Of a stretch of DNA of 64,000 bases, positions 1 through 12,632 are shown piece by piece. Each line of letters begins with the position of its first letter. The stretch's first letter is position 1. A program made the translations under genes and the position numbers. The notes under the pieces are model-generated. The model saw only the letters and a list, made by a program, of their open reading frames with translations, was not told the DNA's origin and searched no databases. Source of the DNA: Squalus acanthias (Eukaryota); NCBI GenBank assembly GCA_030390025.1, contig CM059432.1:9672001-9736000 (forward strand). Reading direction: 5' to 3'.

Positions 1-411
1 TTACCGTGTCCTTAAGTAAATGGGGATGCTGTAACTTGACACAACGAAGCAGCCCGTTCTGGGGACGGGAGGGCTTGTCGGGTTAAACCTCTCTTGATAA
101 AAGCGGTTAACGCACAAAGGAATTACTTGCGCTTTTGAGAGGAATCGGCAGTGATGTTACAATTGCCTTCAGCCATCTGCTGCTAATGGATGTTTCAGGG
201 CCAGCTACTAACACCAGTCACCTTTCAGCATGAGCGAGGTAATGGGTCATTCCATCAATATCCAGACATTAAACGAAAGCGCATGGTTTGAGCTAAGTAT
301 ATATATATAAAAATATATAAATGCAATCAGGGCATCGGTCCGATTTAGTTACAAGAGGTGTTGAGGTGATGGAATGTAACTGTAACTGGGGATGGATTGG
401 CTGGTTACGGT

Positions 412-908
412 GTTTTTTTACATTCGTTCCTGGGATGTGGGCGTCGCTGGCAAGGCCAGCGTTTATTGCCCATCCCTAATTGCCCTTGAGAAGGTGGAGG
501 TGAGCTGCCTTCTTGAACCGCTGCAGTCCGTGGGGTGAAGGTACTCCCACAGTGCTGTTAGGGAGGGAGTTCCAGGATTTTGACCCAGCGACGATGAAGG
601 ATCGGCGATATACTTCTAAGTCAAGATGGTGTGTGACTTGGAGGGAACTTGGAGGTGGTGGTGTTCCCATGCGCCTGCTGCCCTTGTCCTTCTAGGTGGT
701 AGAGGTCGCGGGTTTGGGAGGTGCTATCGAAGAAGCCTTAGCGAGTTGCTGCAGTGCATCTTGTAGATGGTACACATTGCAGCCACGGTACGCCGGTGGT
801 GGAGGGAGTGAATGTTTAAGGTGGTGGATGGGGTGCCAATCAAGCGGGCTGGTTTGTCTTGGATGGTGTCGAGCTTCTTGAGTGTTGTTGGAGCTGCACT
901 CATCCAAG
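412..908 (-). mobile_element. 3' end of a CR1-group LINE (second family, ORF ending ...LQRFKKAAHHHLLKGN*)
   Basis: ORF 476..670 matches the copy at 39983-40335 and ends in the same 3' UTR (gggatgggcaataaa.gctggccttgccagc). The W-NSLP motif is typical of the CR1-group RT C-terminus. Confidence 0.75.
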
Positions 909-1014
909 CCGTGCAGTTTCAAGTCTGCATTGCCCGTTTCCTCCCGACCCCTGAACCCCCATACCCTGAAAATTAGAGCTAGGTTGTTCAGGGGTTATGT
1001 CAGGAAGCACGTCA

Positions 1015-1410
1015 CAGAGCAGGCTGAGGGGTGACCTAATAGAGTACTTTAAGATTATGAAAGGTTTTTGAGAGGGTAGATGTGGAGAAGATGTTTCCAC
1101 TTGTGGAGGGGAATCCAAAACTAGGGGCCATAAATATAAGACAGTCACCAATACATCCAATAGGGAATTCAGGAGAAACTTCTTTACCCAGAGAGTGGTG
1201 AGAATGTGGAACTCGCTATAACAGGGAGTGGTTGAGGCGAACAGTATAGATGGATTTAAGGGGAAGCTAGATAAACACATGAAGGAGGAAGGAATGGAAG
1301 GAAATGCTGATCGGGTGAGATGAAGTAGGGTGGGCAGAGACTCGTGTGGAGCCAGCATTGACCAATTGGGTCGATTGGTCCGTTTCTGTGATGTTAGTTC
1401 TATGTAATTA
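1015..1410 (+). mobile_element. CR1 LINE 3' fragment
   Basis: Encodes degenerate RLRGDLIE...FRRNFFTQRVVRMWNSL followed by a CR1-type 3' UTR. Confidence 0.85.
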
Positions 1411-1824
1411 GATTTAATTAATTTACCTTGCAGGTGGTGAATGTGTGAAATGGACTGCCTGAGGGAGACAGTGGAGGTGGATTGTGCTGATAGATTCAAG
1501 AGGGAGTTTGCATGAATATTTAACAAGGGAAGTGATCAAAGGATATGAGAGCGTGATTATATGATAGTTTTCAGACTTTGAGACTGGCTTGATGAATCAC
1601 AATGGTCTTTGCAGTCCTGGACATCCATAACGTTTGTTAATTCATTATAAGGTGCTAAGAATCATAGGAGAAACACTCACGTTTGAATGATCTGTTAGCA
1701 CATTGTCTCCCAGACCCTAGCATTTTTTTAATGAACATATACTTTGTCAATACATAGATTAAACTGAGGAATTTTGTGCTCAAAGATTTAAAAAAAGTTA
1801 AACACCCAATTTTCCCAGATATAC

Positions 1825-1920
1825 TAAAAACAGAAAATGCTGGAAACACTCAGCAGGTCAGGCAGCATCTGTGGAGAGAGAAACAGAGTTAACTTTCCAG
1901 GTCGATGACCTTTTGTCAGA
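1825..1920 (-). mobile_element. Penelope-like element terminal fragment with a degenerate hammerhead motif
   Basis: Reverse complement of the terminal sequence seen at 27880-27975, 50195-50330 and 60600-60690. The hammerhead core is mutated. Confidence 0.7.
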
Positions 1921-2730
1921 TAAGGTAATTCATACGGAGGTTAAAAAAAATTTAGGGGGCGTATTTGAAGCAACTCAATATATCTAAATAATCAAACGAT
2001 TTCTTATCCTGCCGTTTTGATTCTGCGGAAGTGCAGGTTAAGGTGTTGGTGAGGTAATGTCAGAGGTAGGGTTGTCACTGAGTGGCTCCATTTGGAAATA
2101 GCACCAATCAGCAATCTGTCTCCTAAATACTGACTGGAAGACCTCTGAGCCAATGGAGTTCATTACCAACAAAGTACGCAACATTACTGGAGTATAACAG
2201 ATGGCCTTCGCTGCAATTTATCCTGGGTAATGTTACAATTGACCCTCTTAACAACATAAATTTGAAGCATCTTAGTCAACTAACCACTATTAACCTAGAC
2301 AGCGCGCTCAAATACATCTAAACCTTTACAGACAAGGTCAAATGTAAATCGCCCTGTTGTTAGCAGATAGATACATCAGCATGCAAATAATGTTGCCCAC
2401 TGAGTTAATCACTGTACACCTATTTTGCAATATTTCTACAATCGTATCTCTATTATGATCAGCCATGATCTCATCGAATGGCCTACTCCTGCTTCTATCT
2501 TCTATTTGTTTATTTTACCTCCCAACACCACATCTGTGTCCTTAACTTCTTTTGATACCGTTTTCATTCCGGTTCTACCCTAGCTTATTGGCTGTGAGAG
2601 ACGGTTTAAAAAGCGAGTCTCACTCACCAGTGCCTCCTTCAAAAATCAAAACAGCTACAACATTTGCTGATTAATTTGAACATCCCTGGTTTTGCTTTTA
2701 TGATTTTGCCTTAAAATTAGGTCTTTCTGA

Positions 2731-3088
2731 AGAAAGAAAGACTGGCATTTATACAGCGCCTTTCACAACCTCAGGACGTCCCAAAGCGCTTTACAGCCAA
2801 TGAAGTACTTTTTGGAGTATAGTCACTGTTGTAATGTAGGGAAACGCGGCAGCCAATTTGCGCACAGCAAGCTCCCACAAACAGCAATGTGATAATGACC
2901 AGATAATCTGTTTTTTACTGATGTTGGTTGAAGGATAAATATTGGCCAGGACACCGGGGATAACTCCCCCTGCTCTTCCTCGAAATAGTGCCGCGGGATC
3001 CTTTACGTCCACCAGAGAGAGGAGACGGGGCCTCGGTTTAACGTCGCATCTGAAAGACGGCACCTCCGACAGTGCAGCGCTCCCTCAG
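2731..3088 (-). mobile_element. SacSINE1/Deu-domain SINE, 5'-truncated
   Basis: Matches the recurrent consensus (gacgttaaaccgaggcccc...tggccaatatttatcc...aaagcgctttgggacgtcctgagg) with a (ctttc)n tail. Confidence 0.85.
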
Positions 3089-3767
3089 TTCAAATATTAG
3101 CGTGCACGCGTTTGCCTGCTCACATAAATATCCTTCGCCTGGCATTTTAAAGGAGTCATTAACCAGTTAGCAGCACTCTTAAAACTGCATAGAAAAGTAT
3201 TTCATACGGATCTGTGAAGGATATATACACAGAAATTCGAAGTAGCTGATTTCAAGGCACTCACCTTTTTCGGAATATTTTTGACCCTTCTAATTTGGGA
3301 TAAGAACTCGAGGGCATGGCAGTGAGAGCTAAATTCACACACACAATAGAAATGATGGTCCGGAATATCTTGGGAATATGCTCCATCGTATCAATGTTGT
3401 AGGGCCCGATTTACAGCGCAAAAGGCCGAGGAAATTACGACGCAAGTGGCTTATGCCATTACTTATGCCATGCTGTTACCCTCACCGAAACAGCACTTAA
3501 ATAAATTGTCATAGCTCCGTCACCCGCCCAATTAAATTCAACGGCCAAAGCGAGTTTCCTGACTGGACGCTTGTTTTTCCGCCCCCGCCACTTACGATTC
3601 AATAATAATGGCGCTGGAGTCTTGGCAGCAGAGTGATTTATTGCTCCAAGATCGAATGCGACATCCTAGCCAGCTGATTGAATATTTTTTTATTTGTTTA
3701 TGAGATTGTGGGAGTCGCTGGCAAGGCCAGCATTTATTGCCTGTCCCTAATTGCCCTTGAGAAGGTG

Positions 3768-4322
3768 ATAGAGTCATAATAGAGTCATAACGGCACAGAA
3801 GGAGGCCATTCGGCCCATCGAGTCCACGCCGGCTCTCTGTAGAGCAATCCAGTCAGTCCCATTCCCCCGCTCTATCCCCGTAGCCCTGCAAGTTTATTTC
3901 CTTCAAGTGCCTATCCAGTCTCCCCTTCAAAACATTGAGTGTCTCCGCTTCCACCACATCCGTCGGCAGCGAATTCCAGGTCCTCACCACTCGCTGCGTA
4001 AAAAAGTTTTTCCTCACATCACCCCCCCCCGTATCTCTTGCCCAAAGCCTTAAATCTGTGTCTCCTAGTCCTTGTACCATCAACTAGTGGGAACAGCCTT
4101 TCCCCGTCTAGCCTATCCAAACCCGTCATAATCTTGTACACCTCTATCAAATCGCCCCTCAACCTCCTTTGCTCTAATGAAAACAAATCCAGCTTCTCCA
4201 ACCTGTCCTTGTAGCTGAGATCCCCCCATCCCCGAACCATTCTGGTAAATCTCCTCTGCACCCCCTCAAGGGCCTTCACATCCTTCCTAAAGTGTGGTGA
4301 CCGGAACTGGACGCAATACAGT
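3768..4322 (-). mobile_element. CR1 LINE 3' fragment, inserted into a CR1-group tail (3690-3767 and 4322-4370)
   Basis: ORFs 4019..4345 and 3853..4083 give YCVQF.SPH, RRLRGDLIEVYKI and FFTQRVV. The tail is (TATGACTC)n. Near-identical subfamily to 54740-55418. Confidence 0.9.
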
Positions 4323-4862
4323 GGTGAGCTGCCTTCTTGAACCACTGCAGTCTGTCAGGTTAAGGTACCGTGAGGTAATGTACAAAATCTAACTCATTCA
4401 TATTAAGAACCAAGAACGCAGCTGTACTGAATATCGACTGATGGGATGCTTTTGGGCTAAGGACTGCGTGTAGCCAGTGCTTCAAAGAAATTAACAAGTG
4501 AAATGTTGGTAAGACTGCTGAAGAACCCTGGGCTATGGATATTAATAAGGCTCCTTCATGCCGCAGAGTTGAAGAACTACGTCAAACCCAGTTCCCTTGG
4601 TAGTGTCACCAATCTGAACGAAAATATATTAAAGATCAACAAATGTAGAAAATAACATGAATTTTTGGACACTTAAAGGGACGCTGGTAGTGAGATTGGA
4701 CCACTGGTGGCAATAATTGGTTTTGTGGTTGGCTATGACAATAGGTGAATATTCCTCTCTGTGAATTCACAATGAACTACTCCGTTATAACAATTACCAA
4801 CAAATTAATCAGGATAAAATATAACACTTTGTGCAGCTCTGAGAAAAAGGGCTCTATTAACA

Positions 4863-5325
4863 AGAAAGAAAGAATGAACTCCTGTTTCCGTAGCACCTTA
4901 CACAACCTCAGGACGTCCCAAAGCGCTTTACAGCCAATGAAGTACTTTTGTAGTCACTGTTGTAATGTTGAAAACGCGGCAGCCAATTTGCACACAGCAA
5001 GCTCCCACAAACAGCAATGTGATAGTGACCAGATGATCTGTTTTTAGTGATGCTGGTTGCGGGATAAATATTGGCCCAGGACACCAGGTAGAACTCCCCT
5101 GCTCTTCTTCGACATAGTGCCTTGGGATCTTTTATGTCCACCTGAGAGGGTAGCCAGGGCCTTGATTTAACATCTCATCTGAAAGAGGGCACCTCTGACA
5201 GTGCAGCGCTCCCGCAGTACTGCACTGAGAGTTTTGGCCTGGATTATGGGCTCGTGTTTCTGGATGGGGGCTTGAACTCACAGCCTTGATGGACCCTGAG
5301 TGCCCATCGAGCCACAGCTGACACC
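4863..5325 (-). mobile_element. SacSINE1/Deu-domain SINE, near full-length
   Basis: tRNA-like head at about 5270-5325, Deu body and L2-like tail. Confidence 0.85.
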
Positions 5326-6196
5326 ACACCCCAGCTGTTGGCTCCCACTTTTTTGGGATCTTTTACGTCCACCTGAGAGGTTAGACGAGGCATTGGCCTA
5401 ACGTCTCATCCGGAAGTCATAAACCTTGAGATCTGTGTTGACTATGGTATAATGCCGTGGAAGCATAAAAAAAAATAACATCACCGTACCATTCTAGTTC
5501 TCCGGGCATTCTGTTTTCTGACAAAGAATAATTCTTTCACATATCCTCAAATGATAGCTGAGGGTGTTTTGTCGTTTTGCTTTGCTTTTGCTAAATGATT
5601 CAGAGATGAACCATCATTTGCTGCAGCTTTCTGATTTTTTTTGATTAGCCATACTTTTCCTAAACCACCCCAAAGGCTCAATTCCCGACCTCGGCAAAAT
5701 CCTAGCTTGCCCGTGTCAGCAGCTGTGGGAGAAATCAATACCAAACTAACGAACAGTGCACTTACTGATGTAGTTCGGATTGGCTCGCGCACGTTTGACA
5801 ACTGCTAGCTCCCTAAACTGCCGCTAACCGGTATCCAATGTAGCTCTCGCTTAAATTGAGGGTGAATGGCAATTGAAATGAAAGGCTCCAAAACTCATCG
5901 AAAAGGGACTCAAAATAGAGGAATGAAAGACAAATGTGAAGAATTTTTAATCGGAGGCAATAGTAACCCAGGGAACCTGCTAGCAATGTAATGTGTAAAA
6001 ATGAGCACATCACCTGGAGCTAGCTAACCAGCTCTTTCACAGCCCATTCATCATCCCACTGGAAAAGACAAACAACACATTAGTCTACCCTCCCACTAGT
6101 GCAATAAGGCTATTTACAATACTGCGCTATGAAGTCATCTTTCCTCTCGTATACAATTTGCACCCATTATTTTCCTGCTGGCTTTTACATATAATG

Positions 6197-6580
6197 ATAA
6201 GAACATAAGAATATAAGAATTAGGAGCAGGAGTCGGCCATACGGTCCCTCGGGCCTGCTCCGCCAATCAATAAGATCATGGCTGATCATCGACCTCAACT
6301 CCACTTTCCTGTCCGATCGCCATGTCCCTTGATTCCCCAGGTGTCCAAAAATCTATCGATCTCAGCCTTGAATATACTCAACGACTCAGCATCCGCAGTC
6401 CTCTGGGGCAGAGAATTCCAAAGATTCACAACCCTCTGAGTGAAGAAATTCCTCCTCATCTCGGTCTGAAATGGCCGACCCCTTATCCTGAGACTATGCC
6501 CCCTAGTTCTAGACACTCCAGCCAGGGGGAAACAACCTCTCAGCATCTACCCTGTCAATCCCCTTCAGAATCTTATATGT
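6197..6580 (-). mobile_element. CR1 LINE 3' fragment
   Basis: ORF 6295..6546 (SRTRGHSLRIRGRPF...RRNFFTQRVVNLWNSLP) with a (TTCTTATG)-type tail. Confidence 0.9.
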
Positions 6581-6830
6581 CAACGATGCAATATGACCGA
6601 CAATTAATGCAACATTTTGCCATCTGTAACAGATGTGCAGAAAATAATGACTTACATAATGATTAACCAACCAATAATTCAAGTACCATTCACTGTGCAA
6701 GATCCACAAGTCAATTTACTTGAAGGGAAATAATTCAACCTGCTCATCATCCACATGCCTATATCCACTGCCACATTATCTGCGAGAATAATGTTGCAGT
6801 GATAATCAGAGGCATGAAGATATTCACCTA

Positions 6831-7287
6831 ATGGTTACACTAGAAAAAATGAATTCTGTGCCTGAACAGCCCATTTATGTATGTTGACTGAAGGAAAATC
6901 TATTTTAAACATCCCTGATGACGAGAACTCTAACACAAAGAAGAACTTCTAATGATAGCTATACCACATTAAAATGCAAGTTGAGAAACAGGAACATGGA
7001 GGAACGTTTTTAACAGACATTACTAAGATAGAAAAAGCAGTTGTAGCCAAGGACAACCCAGGGGTGGCTACGGAACCACCAGCAGAACCGACCAGCACTG
7101 TCTTGAGATAAGACCCTCATTAATCTGCAACAAGTGACATGCATGATGAAGTAACCCAACTAAACATTGAACCAACCATGAACAAGGGGATCTTGTTGTC
7201 AGGGATGTTTCAAAAGAGATTTTCCTTCAGTCAACATACATAAATGGGCCGTTCAGGTACAAAATTAATTTTTTCTACTGTAACCAT
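6831..7287. repeat. Long inverted repeat (~88-bp arms at 6831-6918 and 7199-7287, ~280-bp spacer)
   Basis: The arms are reverse complements with a perfect 33-bp core (gcccatttatgtatgttgactgaaggaaaatct). Confidence 0.9.
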
Positions 7288-8635
7288 GGACAAGGGGAAA
7301 AGCCGTGCTTGAATGAGCCAATCATTGAGGTGTACACGCCAGAGCCACGAGAGAAGTTTTGAACATAAAAAATATAAGAACTGACACAATACCTATTTTT
7401 TTACTGCAGTTGGCCAGGATAAACGTATCCTGCTCTAACGAAGAGAAGATGTCTCCAGGACAGGTTCCTATATAATCCGTGTGTTAATCTTAAATGAGCG
7501 CTTGGCTTGGAAAATGTTTGATATTACGTGGTTTAGTAAGTCAACCTGATGCTGTGCTATTTGAAAAGTCTATTGTTTCCACATATACCCATAATACGCA
7601 CGTAGAAATGCAATATCTTGGTTGACTCACCCTGCACTGAGTACGTTACCTAGCTTTGCCACATAGACTGACTTCAATTGGTTTGCGTCAGTTAAAGTTA
7701 CAGCTTTTTATTTTCACATTAATCTGTCGGTGTTATTGCAATGAGTTGTGTTTTAAATATAATACTTTGAAAACATGTGCAGAGAAAATGTTGAAGAATA
7801 TACTTTAGATAATTTTAGTTGGGAAGTGAGAGAAACTTCTGTTGTGCTCAGTAATGTTTGTGCAGGCAATTGATGGACAAAAGGGGGGGGGGGGCGGGGG
7901 GTAAGATTCCTATCCAAGTTGATTAACGGAGGAGGACAGTGAGGTCCATTCCGAGTTCCCCTCGCCTCACCCCAGCATGGGGTCAGTAGCCTTACTGCCC
8001 CGTTAACACCAGCAATGCGGCTTTGTCATCTCTGGTCAGCTGCCAGAACTCCAGAGAGAAAATCCTCCCTCCTGTTTTGTCACATCTAATCAATTGGAAT
8101 CCAACCTGGTCTCTTAAGTCCCTCAGTGTCCACATCATTCCACAGGTGAGAGAACAGGCAAGTAACGTGCTGCCCCCCCCAACTGTGACGTTCCCCTTCC
8201 CTTGGCTGCTGGGAGATGCTGGAGATTGTCACCAGCTGATTCATTCTTTGTTGTTTACCTGCCCTTTGAAGTCATTTGATCACAAACTGCCTGTGTAGGG
8301 AATTGTAAAGAAGAACATGCTAATGAACGTGCTTTGCCACTGTTTCATTAATAAGCAGAGATTTTGAAACCAGAAAAAAATACTTAAGGCCGTGCGCCAG
8401 ATCTCCGCTGTTTTTTTGAAGGAGGGGTGTGTGGGGGATTTACTTCGATCTCCCACCAGACTTATGACAGGAGGCCGAGAGAGCTTCTGTGGAATTTCAG
8501 GGCTGCAAGCCTGATGTGGGACCGAGGTCTCACCAACCCCAGCTGAAACAGATTCAATGATACTTGTGAACATAGCAGCCAGTTTCACAGTTCCAACTTT
8601 CCAACATCTAGGACTGAGAAGACAGAAGGATATTG

Positions 8636-10395
8636 TGTCAGCTGTGGCTCAGTTGGGAGCGCTCTCATCTCTGAGCCAGAAGGTGGTGGGTTGAAGTCCC
8701 ACTCCAGAGACTTGAGCACTGAAATCTAGACAATGTAAGGATCAGGAAAGAGGTTTATGAGAGGTGTACTCAGACAGTAAAGTAAGGGACCTCTTTTGAT
8801 TTGTCCATGGACTTCAGCACATAGCTTAGGCTGACACTCCAGTGCAGTGCTGAGGGAGTGCTGCACTGTCGGAGGTGCTGTCTTTCAGAAGAGAAACATA
8901 GAAACATAGACATAGAAGATAGGAGCAGGAGTAGGCCATTCGGCCCCTCGAGCCTGCTCCGCCATTCAATGTGATCATGGCTGATCATCCAAATTCAGTA
9001 CCCTGTCCCTGCTTTCTCCCCATATCCCTTGATCCCCTTAGCCTTAAGAAATATATCTATCTCCTTCTTGAATATATTTAATGAATTGGACTCAACTGTC
9101 TTCTGTGATAGAGAATTCCACAGGTTCACCACTCTCTAGGTGAAGAAATTCCTCCTCATCTCAGTCCTAAATGGCTTACCCCTTATCCTTAGACTGTGAC
9201 CCCTGGTCCTGGACTCCCCCACAATCGGGAACATCTAGTCTGTCTAGTCCTGTTAGAATTTTATAAGTGTCAATGAGATCCCCTCTCATTCTTCGAAACT
9301 CTAGCGAATACAAGCCCAATCGACCCAATCTCTCCTCATACGTCATTCCTGCCATCCCAGGTATCAGTCTGGTGAATCTTTGCTGCACTCCCTCCATGGC
9401 AAGAACATCCTTCCTCAGATAAGGCGACCAAAACTGCACACAATACTCAAGGTGTGGTCTCACCAAGGCCCTGTACAACTGCAGCAAGACATCCTTGCTC
9501 CTGTACTCGAATCCTCTCGCTATGAAACCCAACATATCATTTGCCTTCTTAACCGCCTGCTGCACCTGCATGCTTACCTTCAGCGACTGGTGCACAAGGA
9601 CACCCAGGTCTCGTTGCACTTCCCCTTTTCCCAATCTATTGCCGTTCAGATAATAATCTGCCTTCCTGTTTTTGACACCAAAGTGGATAACCTCGCATTT
9701 ATCCACATTATACTGCATCTGCCATGCATCTGCCCAATCACCCAACCTGTCCAAATCATACTGGAGTTTCTCTGCATCCTCCTCACAGCACACACGCCCA
9801 CCCAGCTTTGTGTCGTCTGCAAACTTGGAGATATTACATCTAGTTCCCTCGTCTAGATCATTAATATATATATTGTGAATAACTGGGGTCCTAGCACCGA
9901 TCCCTGCGGTACCCCACTAGTCACTGCCTGCCACTCGGAAAAAGACCGTTTATTCCAACTCTTTGCTTTCTGTCTGCCAACCAGTTTTCTATCCAAGACA
10001 GTACCTTACCCCCAATCCCATGTGCTTTAACTTTGCACGCTAATCTCTTATGCGGGACTTTATCGAAAGCCTTCTGAAAGTCCAAATACACCACATCCAC
10101 TGGTTCTCCCTTATCTATTCTACCAGTTACATCCTCAAAAAAATCCAGTAGATTAGTCAAGCATGATTTACCTTTTGACATTAACCATGAGACGTTAAAC
10201 CGAGGCCCTGTCTGCTCTCTCAGATGGACATTAAAGATCCCATGGCACTATTTCGAAGAAGAGCAGGGGAGTTCTCCCTGGTGTCTTGCTCAATATTTAT
10301 CCCTCAAACAACATCACAAAAAAACAGATTATCTGGTCATTATCACACTGCTGTTTGTGGGAGCTCGCTGTGTGAAAATTGGCTGCCGCGTTTCG
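8636..10395 (+). mobile_element. SacSINE1-type SINE split into 8636-8888 and 10188-10395 by a CR1 insertion
   Basis: The head ends at ...gtctttcaga and resumes colinearly at tgagacgttaaaccgagg. Confidence 0.8.
8893..10175 (-). mobile_element. CR1 LINE, 5'-truncated, RT domain with frameshifts
   Basis: ORFs 9921..10181 (SCLTNLL...VDVVYLDFQKAFDKVPH) and 9176..9793 (WQMQYNVDKC...[15 protein letters not shown]), (TTTCTATG)n tail. Confidence 0.95.
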
Positions 10396-11084
10396 AGGAC
10401 CTCGTGTCCACTGCCCTGAGGGTCTGTTACCAGAAACCTGACTTTGTGCTCAGCCAATGGGACCACATATAGGAAATTTGAACGTGTGTTGCACACAATT
10501 TTCCAACTATTAAATTTAAATGGATCAGAAAATCGCATGTAGCACGCACCTGAATGTCCTACTTGCCTTCCTGGTGGGCCTGGAATGGTGAAGTCAAGAA
10601 AGTATTCCTCTGGCACCTTCACGCTAACCAAACCTTTCTCTTTTACAGCAGGTTGTAGACAGAGAGAGGTGGTGGTGGCTGCTTAGGAGATCTGTATCAG
10701 GCTCAGGAAGGTCCTCCAGAGACTTGCAGGAGTATACATCTTCAATAATTGAAGCGAAGCGACGGCTTCTCACTGAAAGACAGCTTGGGGCAAAGTCACA
10801 TTTGAAAAAGTTCCTAGGGAATCTATTGAACCAACCAAGTTCTTTATAAACTTAATTCTAAATGTTTTTAACATTAGTAGAGAGCCTACAGCCATAACTC
10901 TCTGATAGCATCACAATTGAACTGACATCAGGATACCAGTCAGTATTTACTCCATTGTTGAATGAGTTGGCAGCATAACTTGACGTGCTGGCCCCTTGTT
11001 CCTCTATACAGGTAACAGTATTGGGGAACAACAGCTGTAGCTCCTGTGGGCAATGCAGATCAATGCCAATGATTTGCTTTCAAT

Positions 11085-11814
11085 GGGCCAGAAATACGGT
11101 TTTCCGGCTTCCTGCGGGTGCAAGCATCGCGCGTGTACTTACCTACCGCGCCTGCCGTTGTGTTTTGGGCCCACGAGAACTTCGGGTCCTGGGCCTCCTC
11201 CAGCTGCCGGCGCGCAGTGCTTGCGTGTCCCAGGGGCGCAGTTGGTTCGAAGCGTCCCCTGGGATCACGTGGGCCATGGAGAGCCAATCCTAGCAGACCA
11301 TTTTCATTCATAGATTTGACAGGCCCCAAAACAACACCTAAACTTCAAATAAATTACAAATAAAACATCACATTTTTAAAATAACTATAAGTTAAATAAA
11401 TTAACTACTTTAAACAAAAATTTAAATTTTTGAAAAAATTAAAATACTTTTTAACGGTGCTAAAAATAAACTTACCTTTCTTTAAAGTATCTAAAAAAGA
11501 TAAACCTGTTGAAAATTTTTTTAATTGTAATTAATTAACCACTTACCTTGTTAAAAACACGCCTTGCGCCTCCTTTTTAAAAGTGCAGCTTCTTCATACT
11601 TACCTTCCCGGAGAAACCTGAAAAAAACCCGAAGTTCGCTGCGTGCGCGCAGCCTCTCCCGCGCAACGGTTCACCTCTGAACCCCTCCCTTCACGAGACC
11701 GGAAGTTCCGGTTTCCCGCGCATGCGCAGTGCATGCAGGAAACCAGCACTTCAAGTGGCCTTACGGGTGAGTACACAGCGCGTACTCACCCGACAAAAGC
11801 CGAATTTCTGGGCC
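11085..11814. mobile_element. Non-autonomous PIF/Harbinger-type MITE, family C
   Basis: TIRs GGGCCAGAAAT / ATTTCTGGGCC, 3-bp TSD AAT. Homologous in inverted orientation to 23012-23776 and 29584-30326. Confidence 0.8.
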
Positions 11815-12171
11815 AATGTATTTCCATCTCGAGTTTTATCCCTCCACCACCCAGATACCGCCTACTTCTCTAACTTCAAACATCAGGGAAAAACTGATGG
11901 GAATGACTTAATTCGTCTCCATCACCATTGTCAATGCCTGATCGGCTGACAGGAAGTGTGCTTCCGCGGGGCAGGCAGGGTCTACCAGTATTTCTTCTCT
12001 CCAGAGATCAGACTGCGTCACAGCGCTCCATTTACAGGCTTAGCTAACACCTGGTGAAATCTGCGTATTGAGGGCAAATGAGTTGAAAGGTTAATTAAAG
12101 CTGGAATTGCAATGCACATGAGGTTCCAGCATTGGACCGATTCCCACCTGCTGTCACTCACAGCCATTAGA

Positions 12172-12632
12172 AAAAAAAGAAAGACTTGCATTTATATAGC
12201 GCCTTTCACAACCTCAGGATGTCCCAAAGTGTTTTACAGCCAATTAAGTACTTTTGAAGTGGAGTCACTCTTGTAATGTAGGAAACGTGGCAGCCAATCT
12301 GCACACAGCAAGCTCCCACAAACAGCAATAGAACGCAAATAGATAATCAATTTTTTTAGCGATGTTGATTGAGGAATAAATATTGGCCCAGGACACCTCC
12401 CCTGCTCTTCTTCGAAATAGTATCGTGGGATCTTTTACATCCACCTGTAAGAGCAGGCAGGGCCTCGGTTTAACGTCTTATCTGAAAGACGGCACCTCCG
12501 ACAGTGCAGCACTCCCTCAGCACTGCACTAGAGTGTCAGCCTAGATTTATGTGCTCAAGTCTCATGGAGTGGGACTTGAACCCACAACCTTCCGACTGAG
12601 AAATGAGAGTGCTGCCCACTGAGCCACAACTG
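12172..12632 (-). mobile_element. SacSINE1/Deu-domain SINE, full-length
   Basis: tRNA-derived head (tggctcagtggg A box, gttcaagtc B box), Deu body and tail. Confidence 0.9.

Noticed and set aside
900..1526. 208-aa minus-strand ORF
   Set aside because: Mostly the antisense frame of a CR1 fragment. The same shadow ORFs recur at other CR1 copies.
2301..2315. 15-bp match agcgcgctcaaatac with 41461-41475
   Set aside because: An isolated short match with no flanking similarity, plausible by chance in 64 kb.
3402..3660. GC-rich patch starting GGGCCCGATTT (similar patches at about 14380-14724 and 49200-49370)
   Set aside because: Probably MITE remnants, but I could not pair TIRs or TSDs, so they are not annotated.
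11596..11605. ATACTTACCT matching the U1 snRNA 5' end
   Set aside because: There is no further U1 similarity. It is the reverse complement of a splice-donor-like motif inside a MITE.
12570..12632. tRNA gene-like A/B boxes (also at other SINE heads)
   Set aside because: These are SINE heads continuous with SINE bodies, and I see no complete cloverleaf.
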